A stretch of DNA of 55,306 nt, taken from NCBI GenBank assembly GCA_008632985.1, contig QPGO01000213.1, positions 62,001 through 117,306 on the forward strand, written 5' to 3'. The notes under the pieces are model-generated. The model was not told the DNA's origin. It was given only the letters and a program-made list of their open reading frames with translations, and did no database searches. Shown piece by piece: positions 24,693 through 38,259 of the stretch. Positions within the stretch are counted from its first letter, which is position 1. The number at the start of each line of letters is the position of its first letter. The translations under genes and the position numbers were made by a program. This stretch comes from Psammoneis japonica (Eukaryota).

Positions 24693-25747
24693 TCATCGCC
24701 AACGCAAGCCTTCCAATGCAACAGCCATGTCATTTTCACTCTCCAAAAAGAAGCGATCACCCTCTGAATTGGTGCAATGAAAACTCAGACTAAAGTCACA
24801 AATTTGAACCTTGAAGGCAGGTATGTTGGATAGTAAGCTGCGAATCTGCTTCCCTCCTCTGCAGTCTCTCAGCTCTGAAAGCCAAGGAAACTCCTTCTCC
24901 TCTAGGATTCTCAAATCGAAACCCGCCGTGCATTCAAAGGCATTTGATTCATGTTCGGCCTGTAAAATGAGAGCCCTTCCTCCAGCCTGAGTACAATCTA
25001 CCTTGATGTCTTCATTCATCCAACAGAAGCGCTTTTCGTAGATGTCAGGGTACAACAGGGGGCCTCGTTCTTGGATGAAGGCTTCACTGTCTACAATGCA
25101 CACTGATTTCATGTTGTCACGCCTGAACAGAGTAACTCGGAGTCGGGGAACACGTTTGCCAATGTGTGCTCTTACCGCATCTTCTACAATGTCTGTTGTG
25201 ATGCCAGTGATGCCCTTCAAACCGAGCGCTTCATCATCATCACAGTACCAAGACTTGCGAACGGATGCTGTTGATGATGCGTACGGATTTTCAACCGTGA
25301 GCACCCCCACGGCGTCATGCGCACGTAACATATTTCGGAAGTCGAGCCGAATCTGATCTTGCGACCACGAAGCTATGACGTGTCGGCGACGCTTGTTTTT
25401 GTTGACATCGATGGATCTCTCGATTTGGTAGAGTTCCACAACTGCAAAGATGGAGTTCAACGGAAGGTTGTGAGTGAGTGGAACTCTTGGAAGCTCCTCC
25501 ATCGGCACTTCCCTAGAGAGAGAGATTCAGCCAAGCGACGGAAATCCCAGTTGGGTCACACGGAGAGAAAACTCTGGACCGCACTCTCGGAATGAGTGTT
25601 TGCGCAGATTTGTTTCCACAAGTCTCCACAGTCTTGACTTGAGGAGAGCATTTTGTTCCAGGATTTACACACTCTGGACGCAGATCCGACATCCTGAGCA
25701 TCAAGCCAGCGCATGACTAGCCGCCACGTAAAGTCATCCATCACCAT
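24693..25747 (-). pseudogene. F-box protein gene disrupted by an in-frame TGA (25556-25558) and a 2-bp slip in a (CT)n tract (~25520)
   Basis: N-terminus MDDFTWRLVMRWLDAQDVGSASRVCKSWNKM...DLWKQIC is an F-box. It reads through V*PNWDFRRLAESLS and shifts into the 271-aa ORF. Confidence 0.72.
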
Positions 25748-26116
25748 GTTTGTTCAATCGTCTTAGACATCAGACACAAGGCAAAAGGGGTTAGTTGAGC
25801 GCGGCTGCAGCAACACCAGTGCGATGATGAGTGATGAGCCCGCAGCGCCTGTGGATGTCATACTAGTGCGATGAGCCAACCACAACGAACAAACGCGGCG
25901 CCGCACGCTCCCCACGCGAAACGCGAGCAGCGCTTGACAGACAGCCAGACTGACAGCGGTACGTAAGACGCGCGACGATGGCTGGCTGCTACCGCCACCG
26001 TTGCGCTGAAAGTGTTGATGAGCGAGCAAGACACGGTACATACAACACAGTGTGCTTCCCGAACTCTGCACTATAGCTCTACTGTAGCTCTAGAGAGAGT
26101 GTCTGTAAGCCCCGCC

Positions 26117-27210
26117 ATGTCTGAACATCATCTTCTTGGACACGACAATGCCTTGATCCTCAGAGGGTCTGCGGCTGGCTCGAATTAGATGAAGTTCAGC
26201 AGTTGTCATTGGCTTCTCGTTCATGTCGGAAGATCATTGTAAACCACAAGCCGCTGTGGACGGACCTTATGAAGCAACGCTATCCAAATCTTTTTGACGT
26301 AGGTGGCGTTTCGTGCTGGAGCCATCATGACTACCTCATGAGACTTCGAATGCACAGAGATCCGGTGTTTCCGGTTCGTCCTGCGGCGCTTCCCGAAGAG
26401 CTGCTCTTGCCAGGCGAATTTCTCCTTCGTACATGGCAACCAGAGGCTATTTGCTTCTACATAGATCTTTGGAGAGGAAGCACTCGGATGATATCCACGA
26501 CGCATCGAGTCAAGCTGGATGAGAAAGGGGAGCCCGTTTTCACCTTCAACAGCAACGATGAGCTACACAAGGCAGAACCCTGTTTCATCGGTTACGACGG
26601 AAACAGAGAATTTGTGCATCCTAACTTGAGCGGAGATGATAATTTTCTCAGACTAGGTGGACCTAGGGAGATCCAGCTGTGCGGTGATGACGCAATCGAA
26701 CAAGCCGAAGCCATTGCAAGTGAATTGCACAGTTTCGGCGAATATGAAGAAATCAATGTCAAAATGTACGCAAGTTTATCTTACAAGGTCGAAGGCGAGG
26801 ACGTTCCATCAATGGACAAGCCAGTTATGCTCCTGTCAGAACATGAATCCTTCCATGGTGACAACACTGAATATGGAATGCCGGTGCGGCTGCTGTTTCG
26901 GACAGATGTGATGGACACATATGAATGGTCCGACAACTACTTGCCTGATCGATATGTTGGCTCGCCTCTACCATTTGACCCTGTCATTGATTTGTTCTTT
27001 TCCCCTCGTGGTGAGCGCTGGAATCAGTTTCCGAATTGGGATGGTGTAATCTGCGATCGGATGAAGAATGACACGGTGGACGTTTGTTCCTTGTATCTCG
27101 AGCTTAGGTTTTATACGGCATCAAGATTTCCTTTAGACTTCTCTGGCATTGTTTTATCAAGGCTCCTTTCCTTGTACCATGAAGTGATTCGCCGTGTTGA
27201 AGAAGTGTAG
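26117..27210 (+). CDS. F-box protein with one frameshift near 26163
   Basis: ATG 26117 gives MSEHHLLGHDNALILR, then a shifted frame reads VCGWLELDEVQQLSLASRSCRKIIVNHKPLWTDLMKQRYP and continues as the 335-aa ORF. Confidence 0.7.
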
Positions 27211-28075
27211 CTATGCAGGGACAGCAATTCAGAAAGAGCGTGCTGTAACTTTGCACAGTAGAACTTTTGGGATAAGTTGTTTCTGTCGTCGGGACCTTTC
27301 TGTGAAGCTCCTTGGCACTCGTTCGGGAAGTACAAACATACATTATTCAGGAAATACGACATGCACAATATTCGGGAAAGTCATAATGTGCGGCACTTGT
27401 CCTTATACTATTTTTGTAATTTGCTAAAATAGAGACAGGTAGCAAGGTGATTTTGAATACTATTGTCGCTGGTTTTCGCTACTCGCCCCTTCTGTACGAG
27501 TCCGAAATCGATCTGCATACGCATCCATTCCAGACCCGGGTCCGTACAGTGCGTGTTCCCAACATCTCGGCGTGCGCCAGGCTCAGGCCCATACGTGTAC
27601 AGAACATCTCAGGATATAGTCCATATGTTGTATCCAAAGGGTTTCCTCGAATGCTGGAAGCAGGGCCGTACGTGTCGTTACCTTCTCTTCTTGGTCCAGG
27701 TCCACAATGCTCTGCACCTTCTCGCAGCTCATAAGCATCTCACCACCAATAACTTTCGGAGGTCCAAGGTTAGTAGCAGCAGGTCCATCCCAACTTCTTC
27801 TTCGTTATGGCCCGCCGCCGTTGCCGCCACTTCAGGCAGTCTCACTATCATCCCGAGAAGCAGTGTCACCCCCCAAAAGCGCCACCAGTAGAAGATAAGG
27901 ATACAGAGCACATTTAACTTTTCTGAATATACCAGACACTCGGTACAGGGAGTGTTAACAAGAACCTCCACTAAGACGCCTTTCGAAGAGAGAAAAGATG
28001 CCTATCGCGTCATTGTTTCGTGTATATCAAGACATGTTGTGTGCTTTCTCCAGTGACAAGCACCTTGCTGAGAAA

Positions 28076-29400
28076 TCAGCTCCAGAACGACATTGCGCCA
28101 CAAGAATAGCCTGCTTTTCTCTGCAAACTCTTGATGGCAATCTTGCGGTCCACTCGCAACGGTGTCGTCTTGGTAGTACGCGGCACAAGATCAGAAACAT
28201 TCCAACGTCTGTGCGATTCGTGTTTCTCAAGGTCCTCGAGAAAGTTCTTGTGGCGGTACAAGCGTACCCTCGCACATCCTCGTTCCTGTTTCTTGCTTTT
28301 CTGCTCGGCATCATCTTCCACCTCCTTTCCCACCAAGGTACTTTCTTGACGTTTCGCAGCACCGCATCTGCAGACAAACTTGTAACCATCCCTTGCATCA
28401 AACTGGTAGTCATAAATCAGAATTCCCCAGGAGATATGTTCATACAGCATTTGATGGCAACGTGCAAGTACCCTCCAACACTGACTCGGACCAGTTCGCA
28501 GTTTGGATCAAACGAATGATTAACCTCATTGCTCGCATCAATGTACCATCCGGTGTCAAGATACACGAGCCCCCAGCCTTTTCCCTTTCCCGCTGAGACT
28601 TGCATTTTGCAAACTTTCTCATACCCAAGCTAAGATTCCCATATTCAAGACCAAGCTTACAGTTTAAGTATGGACAGTTCTCGCCATAGGACGTGCGAGA
28701 AACACCCGTACATTCCATCATCACCATTCGCTTTAGACAATGCTCGTCACAGGAAACTCTGCAGCGACAGGCATCACCACTGAAAGGACGCAGCTTTGGT
28801 CGATTCGCCGGGTCGTAACGAAGGCTATGTACTTGACGATACGACGGTGGTTGAGAGTGGACCTGGAGGATCATGTGCTGTGTCAGCAACAAGGAAAATG
28901 GAATTATGATACACCCTGTACACAAAAATAACAACGAGACTCTTACCTCTGCCTTGTAGCCACAGGGAAAACAAAAGGTCGAATCCGACGAACGCTTGAC
29001 TAACTCATCTCCATCGAGCAGGTCGTGAAACGTGTTCTCCTCAGGATTGGCATCATCTATTCTCACTGCGGGAAAAGACAAGTTTGGCCCGGCCTGTACT
29101 TACACCTAATCTCTTGCGCTCTAGCTTCTCCTTGCGTTTCTTGCCACGTTCAATCCTGCTTAGTTTCTTACCGATATTGGCTTCGACTTGTCCCTGAAAT
29201 GAGGAATCTTACCCGTGGGATGCCCTAGAACTCCCACCTCATCTTGTAGTGCCAGCAAAGGACCAAATTCAAGTGGCTCTAAGTTGTTCCAAAATTCCTC
29301 CTTTTCCACACAAAACAAGGCCAAGTCGAACGCGTTGCAGACGATTTTCGCAACCGCTTGAAATTTGCGTTCGTCACCACGACGCTGGACTTGCACCATG
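28076..29400 (-). pseudogene. AWS-SET-postSET histone lysine methyltransferase (ASH1/NSD/SET2-like) pseudogene
   Basis: CRCRVSCDEHCLKRMVMMECTG (AWS); GKGWGLV, WYIDA, NHSFDPNCEL, NISPGEF, YDYQF (SET); FVCRCGAAK (postSET). The motifs are scattered over frames with internal deletions, and the remnant probably extends further on both sides. Confidence 0.85.
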
Positions 29401-29892
29401 CTGGCATACTAGACCGAATGGACAGTGGTCATGATTAATCTTTCTTTGACACAAAAGCCGCTGCTCGTGCTGGTGGGACTGATGCGTCTTTTACCATGGA
29501 ATCAAATTATCGGGAGATACGTGTTCCGCATGGTTGCAGTGAACTTTCAAAGTAGAATCGCAGACAGCCGACAGCTCAGTGTCGCAGTGATTTTCTTCTT
29601 TATCGTCTTCAGCACGATAGCAGTCGAATGCTGTGGTCAAAACATTCCGTCGTTGCGTCGACGTGTCGAAGCCAAAAATCTACTTCGCGTGATTCTTGCA
29701 GTCAGTTGTTCGCAACGATGAAACGGAAAATGCCACTACTGCAAATTCTTGTAAAATCGCAGACAGAAACAGTGGCAGCATCCAAAGAGAGCAAGTGAGT
29801 GAGCACCATTGTATGCACACAACTGATTGCTTGCTTGGTGTCGTTGTGATTTTTCAACTTGCGATTATCATCGTGAGATGCGCGAGCTAGGC

Positions 29893-29968
29893 GTCGGAGG
29901 GAGTTTCTGACGGACATACGGACCGTGTCGGAGGGAGTTTCGGGCGACACACGGACCGTGTCGGAGGG
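29893..29968 (+). repeat. About 33-bp tandem repeat (2.3 copies); the same motif recurs at 41163-41210
   Basis: gtcggagggagtttc...gaca(t/c)acggaccgt repeated; the 41163 copy reads tgtcggagggagtttcgggagacatacggacagtgtcggagggagtttc. Confidence 0.85.
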
Positions 29969-30369
29969 ATTCAAGCAAGATTTTTTGCAAAAGATGCTGC
30001 ACCAAATGCAAATAGTACGAACCGATGATTCCAACAGCTCTTGTGTTTGGCCGCACATAGCACCTCCTCCAAGAGTAACTCCGAGCGTCCCATCACGTGC
30101 TGCTTCAACTCCCTCGATGCCGGCTGCCGTCAAGTCCGAGTGATGTGTTGCAGCCACCAAGGCCATGATGAGTGGTTCTCCGACTAGGAATCCTATCGTG
30201 GCCCTAATTGATGCACCAGTCGCCCAGCCCAATACCAACAACTGTCTCCTTTCTGCTTATGCCGAATAAAACCTTCTTACGTCACGACTAAAGGATGGGC
30301 TTCCGCGACTGAAAATCGAGAATTTCAATCTTTTGGCGGATGCCGAGTAAATGACTTGTTCATTCCAGT

Positions 30370-32430
30370 TCATACTGTACCCATGGGATGCCACTGTGCC
30401 ACGTATATGCCCTTTTGTGGACCAACCTTGAGTAAATCATGGTGCGCACCCGTCTCCGCAGTCGCTCCGTCCTTGATCACAGCGACTTTGTCTGAAAGCC
30501 GTCCTGTTACCCACTTGTGAGAAGACAAGATTATCGCAGCACCCGTTTGTTGCAGTGCAGCTAGGAATCTAGCCTCTTCTGCTTCTGACGTTGATGCTGT
30601 AACATCATCGAGAATCAATATAGACCCCAACAAATATTCGTCAACCGAATTGGGTGATAGATATGGCTTGGTAGTCATTGTCATATTATATCGCCTGAGC
30701 TAGAACTTTGGTGAGCAGAACTTTTGACCACTCCGAAGGAGACAATGCACTAGCCGGCGGTCGCAGTGCTGATGGCTGTAGCTCATCCTCGTTTGCAGAG
30801 ACGACCGTCGAGAGTTTGGAAGGAAGCCGTGGCAGCAGCGAAGTCGAAACGCCAGTAATCTCAATAAGCACAAAACAATTGGCGCGATGCTTGAGATCTA
30901 TCATGATGAAATCATCTCTCTCTGGAAACAATACAAATACTAACCTTCATAGCCAGGGTCATAGAGCTGTGTTCGCGACCTCCTAAGCTGTGAGGTTTTT
31001 GTCGAAAGGCTCTAGTATCTTTTCGAGAGTGAGCCCTGACATTCAATCAGCAAGATCAGTGAGAGTGCGGGCGTCCGTCAAAGATACTCCAAGACGCTTC
31101 TTCAACTGAGTACTGTCCCATTTTACAACGTCGGTGCCGTCGACACTTAACGAGCCTCGGACTTTTGTCGTTGATTGAGATCGCTTCGGAGGTATGATCA
31201 TGGCCTCCACCATAGCCGTCAACAAACGCGTCTTTCCGGCGCCATTATTTCCGAGAAACACAAACAGTTCTCCATTGCGGCATGAGATGTTCGCGCCGCG
31301 TACAGCCCAAGCACGTTTGGCAAAGTACAGTGCTCTGAAGCGATTGGTTTGGTTGCCGCTATGGACTGACAATCTCTTGGCGGATTCGGTGTGCGAGTTC
31401 AACGATCCCGACCCCGCCGGGGTGGATGGCGTGTTGATTACGATGAATTCGATCTTCAGGCGCGTCCGCTGTGTACAGAGGAGCTTTGAGGCTTACTGGG
31501 TTACTTGAGTGAGCACGTCCAAGAACCACTCATGACTTTATTTCAGAAATCAAGACAAGCTGTTGAGGCGCGTGTGTATAATCCAGAGAAGCTTAAGATT
31601 TGATTTCCCATGTTGCGCTCATTTTGTCGGATTTACTACTCCCTGGTATTCCAAAACTGTCCCGAATACGCGTTTTACGAATAACCATGCGATTGCAGCA
31701 GCAGTTTGATCAAACACTCCATGAAACAGCACGGCGGAAAAACCCACAAAGATCAAGGCCACATTCTGAGTCGGACTTTGTTTTTGGTGCAGTAACAAGA
31801 AACAGCAAAGGACCGCCCACGCCATTTTCGTTTGCGAAACACCATTAAAGGTGACGGCATCTGAATTCTGATGCGAGTATCGGTACAAAATACCCTGAAG
31901 TGCATAGAGCACCGCCGGCAATCTCAAATCTCGTCACCACTAGAGACGAAGAGAATGACCAATGTTGTTGTTGCTTCAATGCCGCTGCTACGGTCTTGGT
32001 GTGTTGTTGCAATTTCAACATTGTTCTTGCCATGGTAAACTTAACAACTGCTTCGACGACCGTGACGCTTGATCATTTACTTTTGGGATACAATTCTTCT
32101 TGGAAATGCCTGGTTGAATGTTGTACTGTGGCCCTACTAGGAGCAGCATGCACACAACCGCCATGGGTGTAACCATGGCTGATTCGAGAGAATCTGGCTG
32201 ATTCGAGGGCCGAAGTAGAAAAAACGGCAGTCCCCGCACCGACAAGAGCCGTAGGTGCTACAGTACTGCAAACGGCGTAGTAACGTTCGTTGGAAATAAG
32301 GCGCCTTGTAGTAGTATTCTCGGTTGTCGTTGTTGTCGCTGTTGGCATCATCAATGGTTTGTTGAAAGAGTATACGATTCTTTTCCGCCACGCGTACGGA
32401 AGCTAAGAAGGCCTTTGTATGTGGAACCAT
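30370..32430 (-). pseudogene. ABC transporter pseudogene (NBD recognisable; 5' limit uncertain)
   Basis: AVRGANISCRNGELFVFLGNNGAGKTRLL (Walker A), degenerate signature LSPSEWSKVLL, ILILDDVTA (Walker B), IILSSH (H-loop), DKVAVIKDG...ETGAHHDLL. Split by many stops and frameshifts. Confidence 0.82.
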
Positions 32431-32499
32431 GGTTGTCGGTGTTGTAGCACTGTACGGTAGTTTGTGGAAAGGATGATGACGCGTGCACAGCGAAAAATA

Positions 32500-33090
32500 A
32501 ACAGGTCGTTGCGTATCCTCGTTCTTGTACGTTGAATCCTCTCTCTAGAAGATAAGTCCACGGCATCAGAAAGTCCCGCAGGATACTGCTCCGTGGTCAC
32601 ACCCGTTGCCTTTTCTCCACGAACATTGCCGTCCTTGCCTCCGTCGTGATTTCCTCCTCTTCCAAGTAGAACTCGGGTGGGACCTGGTGCATTTGAAATT
32701 TGAATACTATGCACTCCCCATGGGTCTTGAAGCTGTTTCGAGAGTCTCTTTTGGACTGTTTCCAGGCTTCTATACAATCTTTCTAAACAAACACAAAGAA
32801 TAGAACACGTGAGTCTTGCTCAACAACAACTAACACATGCAGAGCAACAACAAGTGTATGTACCGTATAGCGCTACTCACTCTGTCGTGTTGAGATTATC
32901 TTGTGGTTCTGGTTTGAGACGAAGGTCGAAGTCTTGACCACAGTGCTGGTAATAGTAGAAGTAATTATATGGGACATCGTCGGAATCTCGATGCCCCTCA
33001 TAAAGGACGCTACAGTTTTTGCAGTCTTGAGGCCGACAACATCAGTACCGTATCCATTGATGAAATGAAAGAGTTGACCCTAGAGAGTCG
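32500..33090 (-). pseudogene. Spliced gene remnant of unknown identity (intron about 32783-32880)
   Basis: Minus-strand GTGAGT donor at 32880 and a pyrimidine-rich TTTAG acceptor at 32783, followed by LYRSLETVQKRLSKQLQDP. No continuous ORF. Confidence 0.35.
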
Positions 33091-34197
33091 GTGAAGGTGT
33101 GTAACATTGAGAGTTCAGCGTCCGTAACGAGAGTAAAGGACAATCAAATTCGACAACACTGAAGTGCCAGCTTGAACACTCGGACGATTCAGGAGGCGAC
33201 GAGACAGCAGCCGATCAGCAACCACGAGATCTTCCAGCAGCCAAACAAAGGAAAAAAGCCTGCAGTACCTGTGGAATCCCAAGATACTATACGTGATTGC
33301 CCAAGCCTCCTCGAATGCAAGCAAGTGGTCTCCATTAGCATCAATTTTTTCACAAGAGGAACGGGAGAGGCCGAGTTTTCCCAGCAATCCCAAGTAATCC
33401 AATGGATAAGCAACTTCTTTCTCCAACTGTACCACCAAAATCTATGAGCGGAGATGTGATCCACTATTGCATTGCACTGACGACCTGCATGACACATGCC
33501 TGGAGTCTAGCAGATATATTTCGTCACACGCGAGATGCTATAGAGAACACAAAAGGCAGCAATTCAGAATGCGAAAGTACGGTCGCGACGGGAGAAAAGC
33601 AAACACCCGAGTGACCCACGTTCCTTACCATCTCTCATCTGCGACGCACTATCCGTCACAGAAGAAAATAAACCAAAAAAAAATTCATTACCGTCATTGA
33701 ACTAAACGCACAGGGATACATGATATACGTGGGCAGCCATTCTTGCATGGGTAGTAATGGAGATTCACGAACAACCGCACAATAGAGTATCACAGCAGAG
33801 CTGTTATGGTATGGCAGATATCTCAGCAATAAAGTGAGCACGGTAAGTACGGAAAACCACGTAGTTTTCTACGTGAGTTTGATTTGTCAAAAACTCCCTC
33901 CAACGTCAGTCCTCCGTCCCTTTTCGCGCTCGTGTGCACGCCTAACGCTCAACGCTCGCGCAGACGCGCATAGCAAGGCTTCGCCGACATGCACACGACA
34001 CACGACACCGCAAAGGACGACAAACCATGAGACGTTAATGAGACCATCACACTGGGCGGTCGTCGTACACAAGTACAGTATCAGAGAGGATCATTCGACG
34101 AGGCTTGTATTTGAGTAAGACCTCTCCGGAAGTTAAAAAGCTTCGGTTGAAGTGTTGGATTTGTCAGAGAAACCCACCCACGGTTTCTACAGAAAAC

Positions 34198-34743
34198 ATG
34201 AACGCGGTTCGGGCAGTTTCATGGACCTTCTCCCGAGAGGCTGCCTCAATGCAACCTACAAAGGCGCACTGTCATGTCCGCTCGTTACCATCATTGTTTA
34301 GGCAGGAACGCCATTCTCAAAGGCAACGTCCTGGTGGTATTCTGAATCGCTCGTTTTTCTCCACCGACGCACACGAAAAGTTGCTAACCATTCTGGAAGA
34401 ATACCGGAAAGCAAAGTGAGTCCGTGTTGAGCAATTTGCTTCGTTACTACACCAGCAGTGATTAAAATTCCTAACGTTTTCTTTGTGCTATAGCTATTCT
34501 CAAACGATTCCCTCGCGCTTTGTGAAGAAGGTTCTTGCCGCCACAGATGAAGATGGTGATGGACGAATCTCGGTAAAGGAGGTGCAGCGATTGTTGAAGA
34601 ATATTGGTGCAGCCGACAGGATGTCTCAAGAGGAGTTGCAAACAATTATGATGTATCTCGGCTGCTACAATGTTGAGAAACAGGAAAACATGTCTGTTCC
34701 GTTGGAGGAAGTCAGAGATTTGTTTCTCGGAAAAAAGAAGTGA
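34198..34743 (+). CDS. Small EF-hand protein with a probable mitochondrial presequence; exons 34198-34415 and 34494-34743
   Basis: Arg/Ser-rich N-terminus ending RSFFST; in-frame GT-AG intron 34416-34493; EF-hand loop DEDGDGRISVKE. Confidence 0.85.
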
Positions 34744-35309
34744 AGAAGGACACACTGACAGCGACGTATGAAAGTCCATTATTCTGGCCGAGAATTGAGT
34801 TAAACTTAAATCCTTTATACTTTGTAACGATGGTTTTGCTCTCTATCTATGACTGGTTAATGTGTAGCTTGGGAAACATAAGTAACCCGAGAGCTATGGC
34901 AGGTTGTCACCTCCTGCATCAATGTACTACACCTTTGCTTGGAATGTTTTGGAACGCACACCGTGAAAACCGAAAAAAGAATTCCTTGCCAAGTGCCACC
35001 GAAAAAATCAACTACCCTGCCGATCAACATCATGACGTTATTGTTTGTGCTTTTCCTTCTTCCTGTCACGCGCGCCACTCTACCAGCGCTGAATCTCACA
35101 AATTGCTGGCAACATGTGGCAATGAGTTCCGACTCAGACTTCCAAGTGGAAACGGGGGAGAGGGGGCACAACAACCCGCAAAGAACAACATGCAGCATCT
35201 ATGCAGGTTTCTGCGCTGGTGCACAATGGATGATTTTCAAGAAGCAGAAACTCTGCTGTGCCTGTGTGCATCTCATTTCTTTTGTCGCACCGCAGCTCTC
35301 TCAGAGTTC

Positions 35310-37770
35310 CCTGGCCAGATGGGCCTTGCAGCGCTCAACCACAATTCTGACAGTGTTCCCAGGGTTCCACCAGAGATTGCTGACATCCTTGGTCTGCATT
35401 TGGTGTTTTTGTGGGTTGCATCAGGGCTTTCCTTTCACTCTGGAGCTGCGAGAGTCCCCCAGCTCTGACATGGATGAAGTGACTGGGGGGCACAACTGCG
35501 GTGCAAGATCGGCCTCACAGCACTCTGCCACAGTTCTCAAAGTGTTCCCTGGGTGCTGTCAGAGACCCTCAATGCTGTCAGCCTGCAGTTCTTGTGTTGG
35601 TTGGTCACACATCTGGGTGTCCTTGCACTCTGGAGTTGGGAAATCACAGCTCTCACTCTGGCATGGATGAAGAGTGACTGTGTGGGGGGTGCAACTGCAA
35701 ACAGATGAGCCTTAAAACACTCCACCACTGTTCTCAAGTGTTCCCCAGATTGCACCAGAGAGTTGCAGTTTCTTTGGCCTGCAGTTGTTGTTTGGTCAGT
35801 CAGAGTCAAAGCTGTGTTCTGCCTCAAGCTTCCGTGTGCAGTCTCCAATGGGGGGGTCAAAATGGCCCATTTGTCACAGCATGCAGAATCTGCATGGGTT
35901 CCAGCATTGAACTTGCTGCAAAAGACAGAGTCAGCACACATGACCTGCTCTGTGCAAGTGCCACCAAAAAACTCAAAAACCAACATCATGGTGGGCAATC
36001 GGAGCGGATTTTGGTCATTTCATGAAAAAACCAAGTGAATTTTTTACTCTCATCTCTGCCAGATTTCTGCAGTCAATCTCTGAACAGCCCGTGTGTCATT
36101 CCAGATGGGCGGAAGAGAGAAGAGTGAAGACTCTGACTTCAAAAACTGAGCAAGGCATCAACAACCATCTTTGGTCTTTTGTCACCATGGCTCCATCTCT
36201 GAGGGCATTAAAATCTCAATGGGAAGCCAGAGAACACTTTGAGAGCAGTGGTTGAGAGTTGCAAGGCTTGCCTGCTGGTGCAGCTGTGCCAAGCAAAGCC
36301 TCCAACCTCACACAACTGCTGCTGGCCAACTCAACAATTGCAGGCTGAGGGCATTGAAGCTCTCCAGAGAAACCCTGGGAACTTTTTGAGAATGGCAGCA
36401 GAGTGTTGCAAGGCTAATCTGGTGCAGTTGCAACCCCCCAACTGCTCAATCCATGCCAAAATGAGAGGAGAAGAATTCCCAGCACTGCTCCAGAGCAAAA
36501 AGACACCCTGCAGTGCAATCAACTGACCCAACAACTGCAGGCTGAGGGCATTGAGTCAAGGTCTCAAGAAGAACCCAGGGAACACTTGAGAATGGTGATG
36601 GAGTGTTGCAAGGCTCATCTGGCACAGTTGCAGCCACCAGGGACTCAAACCATGCCAGAGTGAGAGCTGAAACTCCTGACTCCAGAGTGAAAAGACACAC
36701 ACTGATGCAGCCAACCCACCCAAAAATTGCAGGCTGAGCACATTGGATTTCTCCAGCAAAGCCCAAAGAACACTTTGAGAGAATGGCGGTGGAGCATTGC
36801 AAGGCTCATCTGGAGCAGTTGCAGTCACCAGTCACTTGATCCATGCCAGAGTGAGAGCTGACAAAACTCCTGACTCCAGAGCAAAAGGACACACTCGTGC
36901 AGCCAACCAACCCAAGAACTGAGAGCTGAGGGCATCAGGGCTTGACTGCAGGCTGAGAGGATTGAAGGTCTCCCATGGAACCCAGGGAACACTTTGAGAA
37001 TGGTGGTGTGGCATTGCAAAAGGCTCATCTGGCACAGTTGCAGCCACCAGACACTTGGCCCATGCCAGAGTGAGAGCTGAAACTCCTGACTTCAGAGTGA
37101 AAAGACACCCTGATGCAACCAACCATTACAATGACTTCAGCCTGAGAGCATTGAAGGTCTTCAGTGGATTCCAAGGAACACTTTGAAAATGGCGAGTGAT
37201 TCATGGCACTGAAACTCCCAACTCCAGAGTGAAAGGACACCCTGGCACAACCAAACAGCCCAACAGCTGCAGGCTGAAGGCACTGAAGATCATGCACGGA
37301 ACACTTTGCGAATGGTCGTGGAGTTTTGAAGAGCTCATCTGGTGCAGCTGCAGCCCCCAGTCCCTCAATCCATGCAAAAATGAGAGGAGAAAAAAATTCC
37401 CATTTGCTCCAGAGTGAAAGGACACCCCCTGGTGCAACAAACCAACCCACAACTGCAGGCTGAAGGCATCAATGGTCTCCTGTGGAACCCAGGAGGAGGC
37501 CACACTTTGAGAATGGTGATGGTGGGTTTGTTGAAGGGCTCATCTGGTGCTGCTGCAGTCCCTGGTCACTCAATCCATGACAAAATGAGAAGAGAAAATT
37601 TCCCAACTGCTCCAGAGTGAAAGGACACCCCGATGCAACCAACCAACCCAACAGCCACAGGCTGAGGTCATTGAGTCAAAGGTCTCAAGAGGAACCCAGG
37701 GGACCATTTGAGAATGGTGGTGGAGTGTTGAGAGGCTCACCTGGTGTGGCTGCAGCCACAATGCTCCAGG
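35310..37770. repeat. Diverged ~190-200 bp satellite: about 3 units in minus orientation (35310-35800) and about 9 units in plus orientation (36230-37770)
   Basis: Anchor ggaacactttgagaatgg at ~36386, 36586, 36776, 36994, 37183, 37306, 37507 and 37708; its reverse complement (ttct..agtgttccc) at ~35345, 35535 and 35730. Confidence 0.85.
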
Positions 37771-38259
37771 CACACAGCAACATGATGACAGATTGGTGCT
37801 GACCTCATCCAGCCCACATCAACTCCAAGATCTTCATTGGTCAATGCCCCCAGTGCTCATGCTCTTTCATGCTTGCCACCTTCTTGCCAATTTGAACAAG
37901 GGCTTCCCTGTGAGCCACAATGCAAATGTGTGCTCCATTGCATTTGAAGCCATGACGGCAATGATGAATTGTCCCTTGTGGGTCATCGTGACTCACCTGA
38001 AGACTGGCAGGAGTGGCTGCACTGTCAAGAAACCAGGTCACCTCATTGAGTCAATGAAGGCTGAAATCCACATCCCAACCAACAAGTTGCCAACTGCCCA
38101 AAAAAAATCCCAAGTGCTCAGCAAAGTCAGAAACATTGAACAAACAGTTTTTGATGGCACCACAATGGGACAGCATTGCAAATGCTCTCAGATCAAAAGG
38201 CTTGCATGCTGTGATCAACATTTTCAGCCAAAGTGCCAATCAAGAACATGACACACTCT

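Noticed and set aside
29893..29968. CRISPR-like array
   Set aside because: Units are contiguous tandem copies without unique spacers, there are no cas genes, and the context is eukaryotic.
32500..33090. Assignment of this remnant to exocyst Sec3 or CNOT1
   Set aside because: The resemblance rests on a few residues only, so it is left unidentified.
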